From Lytechinus pictus (lineage: Eukaryota), in the NCBI RefSeq assembly GCF_037042905.1, contig NC_087249.1:8806001-8870000 (forward strand): a stretch of DNA of 64,000 nucleotides, written 5' to 3'. The notes below the pieces were generated by a model. It did not search any database. It saw nothing but the letters and a program-made list of their open reading frames with translations, and was not told where the DNA came from. Shown here one piece after another: positions 1 through 10,135 of the stretch. Position numbers and translations under genes: made by a program. The first letter of the stretch is position 1. Each line of letters starts with the position of its first letter.

Positions 1-444
1 TCAGTGACATACGAATGAGACAGTTGATGATGTCCATCACTCACTATTTCTTTTGTTTTTTACTGTTTGAATTATACAATATTTAATTTTTTACAGCTTT
101 GACAATAAGGACCGACTTGACTGAACCATATAGTATTGAACAATGCTTATTCCACATGTTCAGGGGGGAATCAATCATTGTATCACTTTGACACTGAGAA
201 AATTAGAATTTTTCATATTTCATATAATAAAATACAAAAGAAACAGTGAGTGGATGACGTCATAGTCTCCTCATTTGCATACCAGCCAGGATGTGCATAT
301 AACTGTTTTGTGAAATTAAGCGAAACTTTAAAATGTCATAACTTTCTTATTTTACATCCGATTGTGATGAAATTTTCAGTGTTATGCTGGTTAGATTTTT
401 CTCTTTTTATTCAAAGCAACTAATGGTTGGGGTGGACTTGTCCT
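1..444. mobile_element. TTAA-flanked palindromic MITE family A (Kolobok/T2-like), truncated by window edge
   Basis: Ends GGGGTGGACTTGTCCT|TTAA; homologous to the copies at 18199, 19253 and 45045. Confidence 0.85.
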
Positions 445-486
445 TTAAATGGGCGTGTTAGGATGGATGCGCGATGATCAACTCAC

Positions 487-513
487 CTCAAGATTGGAGT
501 GCTCGGCTGTTTA
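487..513 (-). CDS. SLC8A: putative 27-nt microexon (phase 2-2)
   Basis: ctgcacccacccctcacag|TAAACAGCCGAGCACTCCAATCTTGAG|gtgagt. Reads (S)KQPSTPIL(R/S). About 250 nt of AG-free sequence upstream (516-767), partly microsatellite. Confidence 0.6.
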
Positions 514-680
514 CTGTGAGGGGTGGGTGCAGTGTGTGTTTACAACAATAACATGCAGTCAAAAAGGGATGCAGCACACATCACAATGAAAACATGGATG
601 GGTCACATATCAGAGGCATGCATTGGTTCAAAAGGAGACAAGATGGGATGACATGGGTTAAAGCAAAAATGAATGGGTGT

Positions 681-763
681 GATGATGATGAAGATGATGA
701 TGATTATGATGATGATGATGAGGATGATGATGATGATTAAAATGATGGTGATGATGATGATGG
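681..763. repeat. (GAT)n microsatellite, imperfect
   Basis: Direct reading. Confidence 0.95.
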
Positions 764-1125
764 TATGCTAAAAGACTGATTCAATGTCGAGATTGCAAAA
801 AAAAATCACCCATTTTGCAGAAAACATGCTCATTTTCTTTCTCATAAGTACTCACAGAGATATATATCATTTTTTTTATTATTCAACTTTAGCAAGCATT
901 AATGCTGTAGGCACATTTTGGCAATATCAGCTTGCCAATCAAATATTTGGCAAGTACTTTTTTTTACATTTTGTGATCATAATTCTGAAAGCTGTATCCT
1001 CCTTCTTTAATCTGAAATTCTTTTCCTGCAGATTCTGTGCATGTTTGTCACTAACTACCTCTTTTTCAGTATTTTCATTCTGTGAAAGCAACCCCTTTCT
1101 CAGAAATTGAAAAAGCCTTGCCTAC

Positions 1126-1134
1126 CATTCCACC
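1126..1134 (-). CDS. SLC8A: putative 9-nt microexon (GGTGGAATG, phase 2-2)
   Basis: tcttttaattccttttgccattgtag|GGTGGAATG|gtaggc. Reads (R)VE(TGN). Confidence 0.4.
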
Positions 1135-1452
1135 CTACAATGGCAAAAGGAATTAAAAGACATAGAGCCAAAATTGAGTTGCTGATATATCCATTTCTAC
1201 TATTATCACCACAGACTTCAATAATTCAAAGCCTTTAGGTTGCAGTAGTAGCCACATTGGCTAAAAATTGTAGCTTATTGTATAACATTACAATGACGTC
1301 ATTACGATTCCGAATTTAATTTACTTTCACATCTAAAATAAAAAGAGTGTCAACAGAAGTTTCTGCCATCAAGCAAAAATTTACCATTTACGTCGATGTG
1401 AAGGACGGATATAATATTCTTTTTTTAAGGAAATGTTCATTTTGCAACTTAC

Positions 1453-1484
1453 TTCCTTTTGCCATTGGTGTAGGTGAGTGAGCA
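1453..1484 (-). other. putative 32-nt cassette exon (not a multiple of 3)
   Basis: catgttaag|TGCTCAC...AAAAGGAA|gtaagt, a perfect intronic donor hexamer, with a 128-nt AG-free zone upstream (1487-1614). Confidence 0.4.
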
Positions 1485-2304
1485 CTTAACATGGATTATG
1501 CATTAGGCATGATGCATGAGTAAAATGTGAGGTAGATTAAGATCAAAGCACAAAGGATGTAAGAAAAAATTATGGATTTGGGCCATGTCAGGAGAAGTGA
1601 AAGGCACATCCATTCTGTATTAATATCATTTCATTTATCAACTTTATCAAATATTAGCTCCAGAGATTGAAAAGGCTGTTCTTTATATAAAGATTTTGTG
1701 GCTTTTTAGCTTTTTCTGACAAACATTATACATTTATCTAAAAAAAAGTTTAAACCAACCTATTTGTTGGTTCAAAAAAAAATCTATGCAAAATGAATTG
1801 AGATTTTTAACCAACAGTTGATCACTTCATATTTTAACCAACTTTTTGGCTTGTTTAAACAATTCTTAGAGTGTATATACATTTTGTTTAAGCCAGGCTT
1901 CACAGAAATATGGGCGGAATGCTAATGGAGCAATTAACCCTCTATATACAATGATACATCTTAGTATAATAGAAACAATCATTTCTTCTATTTCAATGAT
2001 TGAAACAAAAAAGCTTTACAAAGCAACTCTGCAAGTTCATAAACTTGATTTATAATGAGGCCTGCTTAAAGCTTTAAATCCTTATGAGCAGCATAATTAA
2101 GCAAGCAGTGCAGACCACAGAGACAGAAGAACATGTAAATAGCATTTCATTTCAAACAAATTGACAAATAGATCACAGTGACAAATGGTGTATTGGATAA
2201 ACGATGATGCTTGTATACTTAGCAATTAGCTGAAATGGATGAGGAAAGAAAAGGATTTATAGAGTTGGGGGAGATGAAATGAAACAAGTCGGGTATGGTT
2301 TTAT

Positions 2305-2318
2305 GTTGCCATGGCAAC
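2305..2318. promoter_or_regulatory. perfect palindromic RFX X-box GTTGCCATGGCAAC
   Basis: Exact 14-bp match to the RFX consensus palindrome; function untested. Confidence 0.45.
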
Positions 2319-2457
2319 AGTGAAAGCTGGATTGGGTTCCTCATGCAATGTGATGGTTGTGGGGGAGTGCATCGCAAGGGCAGGTAATGTGCATGACTTT
2401 TCATTGAAGTGCCGTTTGCTTAATTTGCACATCGTCTGTTTAAAGTCATGAGCCCAC

Positions 2458-2496
2458 CGGCTATTCAATTCCGCTCTTCCCCAGGCCCAATACCGA
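2458..2496 (-). CDS. SLC8A: putative cassette exon (39 nt, or 3-nt form 2494-2496), phase 2-2
   Basis: atatcttag|TCG follows a 157-nt AG-free zone (2499-2655). Donors TCG|gtattg and CCG|gtgggc both keep frame. The long form reads (S)RYWAWGRAELNS(R). Confidence 0.4.
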
Positions 2497-5400
2497 CTAA
2501 GATATACAGATTCATTCATTTGATTGTTTTTTAACGTGGGCAGTATTCAAGCAAATATTGAGCAATAAAACACATGAAAACAAGAATTATTATCAATCAT
2601 GTTGTACATTGTTCAATATGAATTTTTTTGGAGAATGTTCAAGGAATTTTGTCAACTACTAATAAGCTTCCATGCAGCTTGCCAAGGCAGGGAATAACAT
2701 TACATATAGTACATATAATTGTTGCGTTCAAGACATGATTCTTATATCATTCTGGAAGAGTCACCATATACGAAAATCCTTTCAGACTTTGAAAGGTATT
2801 TTTTAATGGCTTTACGTTTCCAGCCCACGCAAAATTTCTGTAACTAATCCATGTTTTAAGCTGAACATTTTTTTCAAAATATCAATTTCTGGGCCATTGA
2901 GAGATCACCTAAAATGCCCTTGTGCCTTTAGACAAAAGAAAATACCTTTCTAGTCTCAGATGACACAATGTTCAATATTTTATGAAAGAGAATGGAAATA
3001 ACACAGTGTCAAGCAGTGTGATCACAGTGTGTTCACATAGTGGACTATGTAAAAATATTATTCACACTGTTGAAATAAACAAATTCAACAGTGTGAAGAT
3101 ATTTTCACACTGTGGATACCTCCACAGTGTGACTGTTCACAGCGTGTTCACACGGTCGACTATATGAATATGTGATTCACACTGTTGAAATGCTCAAATT
3201 TAACAGTGTGAAGGTGATTTCACATTGTTTTCCACACTGTGGGATATTGTGTTCTTTCCAGTAGGAATGACTCAATCAATGTCTTCATCTCTATCAGAAG
3301 ATCACATGTAACATACACACAATGAAACACTTAAATGGAATACATTCACTTAGTGGAAGGTCCTAAAGTGCACAACTTCACTAGGAACTCTTTTGCGAAA
3401 AGCAAACAAATACTTTCTAAATTACAAGGATATAAAATAATTCTAGATCGGCTTTGAGGAGTGACCAGTCGAATTTTAGATTCAGATCTAAACCTTGAGG
3501 AGTTAAATACAAAACTAAAAGATTTGATTCTAAATATTTTGAGATTTCGAAGTTGATCTTTAGACTTTAAGTCTAAAAATGAATTCAATATTCAGCTGAT
3601 CACTATTTACAGCTGATCTGCACTTATTTCAATCCTTGGAATTTAAAGTTCACTCTGAATTACAGGGATTTGAAAGAAATACACATCAGCAGTGGGCAGT
3701 GATTTACTTTTAATCCAAAAGATTTAATTGACAACGTTTCACTCCCAACCTTCCAAGTTTTGAATTTAAATCTTTCAGGTTTAAATCTACATTGAATGTT
3801 GACTAGTCAATAGCCACAACCACTCTAGATTAATTTTAAATCCATGAGGTTTAGTGTGTAGAGTTACATATTAAAGACAAAGAATGAGCATAATCTTCTA
3901 TGAAAAAAATTGTGGCATCAATTTAAAAACAATGTGAGCTGTAATGAAATTGTGAAAATATGAAAAGTCTAATTAAATTAAGTTTGGTTTAAATGCATAA
4001 AAGTTAATAGCCATCTGTGGTGTGATTAAAAAACAACTAGGAGGTTATGAGGAAAAGAGATCTAGCACTGCAATATATAACTCGCATCAAGCACATCTAA
4101 TCAATAACAATTAAAATCACAACAACAAAATTGGAAAATTACATTTTATTACTATATTCTACCCATGCCTAATGGATAAAACAGAAATCCAATCCACACG
4201 CGATTGGTCAAGATTAATGAATTAGGTGCTATTCATTAATCTACGAAAGGGAAAACATGTTTTTCAGTTAGTTTAAATGAGGTTCTATTTATCCTTATTA
4301 ACCCTTCTGATAGGTTTAATACATACTCCAGATTCCTTCTGTTTATGATTGTCATTGCAATTTTGTTTTTCTCATTTCCTATTCTCTATTTTCTTTTAAA
4401 ATCCATTTCTATCACCCGCCATACATTCAAATCACACAATTGAAACCAAAGTATTTTTTTCTTGTTTCTATTTTCTTTTAAAATTCTTTATTATCTGCAT
4501 CCTTACATTATTATCCTTCTCCACATTTGCATTTGTTCTACCGTCAATCAAAAAATCTATCCTTCAATCTGTCTTACTGTCGTTCCATGTCCTTTTCTGT
4601 CTTTCTATATATCTCTCTCTCCCTTGCTCACTTTCAATCACCTTGCTTTAATCAACTTAAATCCTACAATCAACTAGCAAATTGTGTTTCCATAGCTTAA
4701 CCAGATTCGCATTGGGAATCAATTAAGTAAGGCCTTTCCAATCCGGCTGTCTGATAGATATTTTGTTAACATTATCCAAGCATCCTCAATATCGTCAAAC
4801 TTGCATTCCTACTCATTCATAGTTGCATCCCCCCCTGGTAAAAAACAGGTTCATGTATATAAGACAAAGAGCCCCCCCCCCCTCCCCCCATTATTCAACA
4901 TGTTGTGCCTGCTGCAAAGAATGATAAGTGAAAAACTTGCTCCATCATATTTTATCAGATATCAATGGACTGAATGGATCTGTCGAATGCACAAGTGTTG
5001 TTGAAATCCATTTGAGGATTAAAAATATACCAACAGACCCCCCCCCCCTCCTCTCCCACCCCCATGTTGGCATTATGATTAATCTATAATATAGCGGGAG
5101 GGGCCTTCTCAGTAACTTTTAAACTCTAATGCAATCTATAATGTCCATCAAACTTAGAGAGCATCACACTCCATCCCATAATTTTCAAATAATTCTTTCA
5201 TATCTTATGCTGATAAGATAACCTTATAGCTGGGGAGTGAGTACATTAAGAAAAATATATACAATCAATACTTACCACTGATTGTTACATTTTGTACACG
5301 GTTTTCAACAGACCTAGTTGCACTTAATTACACAATTAATTGCATCCCTCTTTTATGTCACAGGCCTCTGATCTACGAATTGATCAAAGTCTGATAAGGA

Positions 5401-6325
5401 AAACATTGCTATACATTAAGAGATACAACCAATATCGATTGTAACGTACATGGTTCACCATAGACTCATAGTTATAATTTATTGTATAATTAATCACATA
5501 TTTTATATAACTGGCCCCTGATATGGGCATAAGACCAACAGGTATAAAGCCCAATAATTCAGCATCCCAACAGAACGATCCTTATCTATCTAATCAGCCA
5601 AACATAAGCCAGAGAAATTAGAAGAGAATGAATTCTAATCCCCATTCCATTATACCAGTATATGACAAAGCGAGATTGCTTGTTGTTAAATTTCCCAATT
5701 ACAGTCCTGACAATGAGATTGCGATAAAAAAGGTTTACTTTCTGATTTGGGTAGGCAACGATGACGTTGCCACGGCGATAGGCACCAAGGTAATTTCCTA
5801 AAGAGCTTTTAATGCTTTCAAATATCGTTCTATAATTTATGTCCTCATGACAAGGAGTAGAAATGACAATGTGATACAATCAGGGGCCACAGTGGTGAAC
5901 ATGTAATTTGGAGAATGATTGCGGAGCTGCGGAATTGATAACGAGGATCAATTTCATAGCACAAAAAAAGAATTATCATCTATTTGACTGACCTCATATA
6001 ACGGTGGACTAGTAATCATGTATCTGTGTGGCATTCATGACTGAGCTTGCTTTGCGAAAATTGCTTTTAACGATCTGCAGTGGAGAGGGGATCTGTGTGT
6101 GATCCTGTATGCAAGCTCTTTGTATAGAAACATCAATTGCCTGAAATATTAAACCCCATCCCCCTCCCATAAGAAAAAGGCACAAACTAAATAAGCTCTG
6201 TTCCGTAAAATTATAATTCATAATAAAAAACAAAATCTCCAATCCACAAAATTTTGAATTTTACTCAAAATTCAATAAGATACCATGTTTTGGGTTACTT
6301 TTTATATAAGCTCTAAGTCTAATTA

Positions 6326-6363
6326 TGATGATGATTTGATGATGATGATGGTGGTGGTGGTGG

Positions 6364-6394
<31 letters not shown>

Positions 6395-6420
6395 GATGAT
6401 GATGATGATGATAATGATGG

Positions 6421-6466
<46 letters not shown>

Positions 6467-6469
6467 GGA

Positions 6470-6523
<54 letters not shown>

Positions 6524-6561
6524 GATGACGATAATGATGATGATGATGATGATGATGATGG
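6326..6561. repeat. (GAT)n/(GGT)n compound microsatellite
   Basis: Direct reading; explains the poly-M, poly-S and poly-I ORFs. Confidence 0.97.
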
Positions 6562-7441
6562 CAGCAAACATTTAAATAACTGGATAATAAAATAATGCCT
6601 TACACAGATGCATTTCAAATATAGAAACACAAAAGTTATAGCAAAAAGAGATTAGAATTGAATCAAAATCAAGAATAATTATGATCTTAAGTCATGTGTT
6701 CATCTAAAATTCAAATACCTCTACCACTAAGTGGATATTTTAATATGGATTGGAAATGCAAACTGCAAAAATGAATCAAACTACCAAGAAATGGGAATAC
6801 TGTATATATCATTGGCAATGCTAGTCAATTGTTTAACTTTCATTTTAAAAATACCAGAACTGGTATATCACTAGCAGGCTACTTGACACAACAGAAATCC
6901 GCTGACAGTATACTTATTATTTCAATGAAAATAATAAATCTTCTACTTTACATTTGTGGCAGAAAGTAGGTATGAAAGATATCACAATCAAAGGATAAAA
7001 AAGTTTGATGTCAAGCATAAAGTATATACATCATGCAAATGGAATCATTTGCTTACTTTTCCTTTGCAGCAGAAAGTAGGGTAATATAGAACTTGAAGCA
7101 GATAAATATTTTTCACTTTTCAGAGTACATTATAGATTAAGCTGGCTTAAGATTTGCATGCAAATGACAGCTTTGACATTTAGCAGTATATTTCTTGCAG
7201 ATTTACTTGAAATTCACAGAGATATAGGCAACATGGCAGGCTACTTGCAGAAATCCATCACTGCACTCAATAAGAATTGCAATTAGTTTATACTGGTCTT
7301 TTCAACTCTTTTGTAACACTGGTTCTGGTAGATATTTCCTCTCATGCAGTGCAAAAATGCCACTCACGTTTGACACAGTCATCTTAATCATAATATTGAA
7401 ATAATCTTAGGATAGGAAGAGTTAAGCACTCAAACTCTATA

Positions 7442-7684
7442 CACTGTAAAAAAATATATTGGGTAAAATTTTAACCAACACGAGGGTAATTATGTGTCCA
7501 ACTAATTTGAGGCAGTATTTTACCCAATGCGGGAAGAATATTGTCCAGTAAGGTTAAAAAATGACCTGCAAATTACTTTAGAATGGGCAAAATTTTCATC
7601 ACACTGGATAAATAAAAATGCCCAATGCTGGTTGGACACAAAATTACCCTCGAGGAACATTTTTACCCAATATTTTTAAGAGTG
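7442..7684. mobile_element. palindromic MITE with CACT...AGTG termini and TA flanks (EnSpm/CACTA-like)
   Basis: ta|cactgtaaaaaa..tattgggtaaaa ... ttttacccaata..ttttaagagtg|ta, with long imperfect inverted arms. Confidence 0.7.
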
Positions 7685-7832
7685 TATGCATTGAATTAAA
7701 CTGAAAGGTGTAAATCTGTGCATGCATATATGACCTTGTACTTGCAAATATTTGAGAAAAATTAAAAAATAATGAATATGAAATCACATGTAGACACAAT
7801 TATATAGACTTGCCATGATGATGATGATGAAT

Positions 7833-7950
7833 AAGCCAAAACAAGCCAAATGAATATGGTGAAACTTTGATGAGAAGCCAAAACAAGCCAAGATGAGTAC
7901 ACAGAAAACTTTGATGACAAACCAAAACAAGCCAAAACAAACCAAATGCA
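7833..7950. repeat. short tandem repeat, about 43-bp unit x3
   Basis: AAGCCAAAACAAGCCAA...AAACTTTGATGA recurs at about 7833, 7875 and 7919. Confidence 0.7.
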
Positions 7951-8299
7951 TATGAAGAAATCCTTGAAGCAAATCCAAACTTGCCAGCAATTATCATCAT
8001 TCATTCTATTTTTCAAATGGGTTGACTGTTTCAGATGCAGAGTCTAAAAATCAAGGTTTTGTCAATTCTCTTGCCCCAACAAAACTTTTTTCAATGAATA
8101 TAGTAAGCAAAAATGCATTGTAGCAAAACTACTGCCCACAATACTCCTACATTTTACAGTCAACCAGTTAACACAAAAATTGATATTTTTTGGTTTATCT
8201 TGCACATTCCTCTGCTTGCAAAAATGAGTGATATGTTTTTCATGCTAACAAAGAAATGAAGACATGCCGCCAAACTTCGACAAATATCTACAAGCCTAC

Positions 8300-8305
8300 C
8301 TTGAT
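8300..8305 (-). CDS. SLC8A: putative 6-nt microexon (ATCAAG, phase 2-2)
   Basis: cactgcatag|ATCAAG|gtaggc. About 186 nt of AG-free sequence upstream, with a CTAAC branch-point match and a pyrimidine tract. Confidence 0.5.
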
Positions 8306-9398
8306 CTATGCAGTGATGACATCATCATTCCCATGATTCAACATAAGCGAGAGGTCCGTGCAACGGACAGAAGTCAGCCAAGTTGACACATTATACAAAG
8401 AAAGATCACATTAGACATGGACAGAGTGGAGGGGAAAAGAGACGGATAGAAAAAAAGGGGAAGAAGAAGTATATCATGCATGGTTAGACATTCCTGTTAA
8501 TAAGAAAATTACAATACAAGATGACATTTCAGATACTACACTATACAGATTGTTTAAACTATTAAAGAATATTGTCTACTTAGAAAGAGTAATATCTACA
8601 TTCATGTGAAAATAGGATAAGAAAACCTTGATACACGTATGTATCGAAGAGAGAAGAGGAACGAATGACATTTACATTGACGACATTATTAACATGAGAA
8701 ATTAATTCAATTTTGTTCTCCACTGAAATGGCAGGATCTCATACAACAGAGCAGTAAAAAGCCCAATGATACAAATTACAAACATAAAACAACACCAGTT
8801 TGTCTATTTCAAACAAATAGAATTACACAGAGACCGAATTCTTCTGATTTTGATTGAAACTAAATAACTACATTATTGCAATTACAACCAGCTGCCATAT
8901 CGTGTACTTGGACCTGGACAGACATGTTTGATTAAATAGTAATGTTGATGAACATGCTTTCATATATCGGTCATTCCAGATAGCATTTACTTTATATATT
9001 TCTCGAAATCTATATCTAGTTTATCCAGGCATCAATGCTAAAATTACAAGACTGTGATCATTTGCATAATACATTTGACTGGTTACATATTAAAGTAGTC
9101 TCCTTACAAGAGACCAATCACCTGATGAACAATGTCTTTCATTCAAAATAAATATTTACACTGTATAATACATTTGCTAATCAAATATGGCAGATAAATC
9201 ATGGAGAGAAAAAGCACATCAAAATGGATAAATCATTAAATGATTCTTCATTTATGATTTTTCCACCCATTCACCAAATCTATGAGCCCATGGACCATAT
9301 ATGAAAATATGAGAAATGATACAGATAGTTGAGCAATAATTTTGGTTGAAAATAGACAAATAAAATGAGACCCTCATGATGAGCTCTATAGCAATGAC

Positions 9399-9782
9399 GG
9401 TAAATTGCCAATTCGTCTACGGCCAACTCACCACACTGTCTACTTTCATTTAGTCTAATCCGTCCATCAACATTTCGTCTCACAAACATTTGGTCCAATC
9501 ATCACTTTGTCTAATCACCATTTCTTCTATGACCATTTCGTCTAATAACCAGTTGGTCTAATATCCATTTCATTTTCATTCATTTTGCACAATTTAAAAC
9601 TTAGTCCAATTACACCAAATGGTATATGGACTAAATGGCTTTTGGACCAAATGGTTATTAGACGGAATGGCATTAGACTAAATGAAAGTAAGACCATGTG
9701 GTGAGTGGACGAACTGATGGTAGACCAAACGATATTAGACAAGTTTGCAATTGGACGAATTGGCATTAGACGAATCTGAAAT
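9399..9782. mobile_element. non-autonomous element family F with internal degenerate ~15-bp repeats
   Basis: Starts GGTAAATTGCCAATTCGTCTAC and is flanked by the 8-bp direct repeat GCAATGAC (9391-9398, 9783-9790). Inverted homolog at 42687-44408. Confidence 0.75.
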
Positions 9783-9947
9783 GCAATGACATCATGTCAG
9801 TTGAGAAGCAAAAATGGCATTAAATCATAGTTAGTGCCCTTCTACCTTTCAACAAATACAAACTCAATAGCCTCCTCCAAGCAACATTGGAGGGTGTATT
9901 TCCTCCAACCGGAATCCAACACTATATTGACTGTAAGAGTTGAATAA

Positions 9948-10135
9948 GACCCCGTTTTCATCTACTTTCTTAAACCAGTTTTAATAGTGGAAACCTCTTT
10001 AACACGTAATGTGAATGCTCAAAGTGGTCTTGGAAGTGATCTCAAGTGGTTTTCCAAACTAGTTTGGAAAACCGTCTTGCAATGTGTTTTTCAAGACCGC
10101 TTTGCCTTTTCCAGACAGTAGATGAGAACGGGGCC
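9948..10135. mobile_element. short relative of MITE family D
   Basis: Termini CCCCGTTTTCATCTAC / GTAGATGAGAACGGGG; internal GTGGTTTTCCAAACTAGTTTGGAA matches the copies at 50307 and 57291 except for one base. Confidence 0.6.

Noticed and set aside
5276..5313. AG/GT-bounded segment with a strong TG|GTAAGT donor on the minus strand
   Set aside because: 38 nt (or 2 nt), no pyrimidine tract, and the sequence looks like a decayed MITE.
6285..6630. Poly-Met, poly-Ser and poly-Ile ORFs
   Set aside because: Artefacts of the (GAT)n microsatellite.
7057..7061. 5-nt candidate ctgctgcaaag|GAAAA|gtaagc (similar 5-8-nt hits near 9275 and 1325)
   Set aside because: Non-3n, with either a short AG-free zone or a weak donor; such hits are expected by chance in AT-rich DNA.
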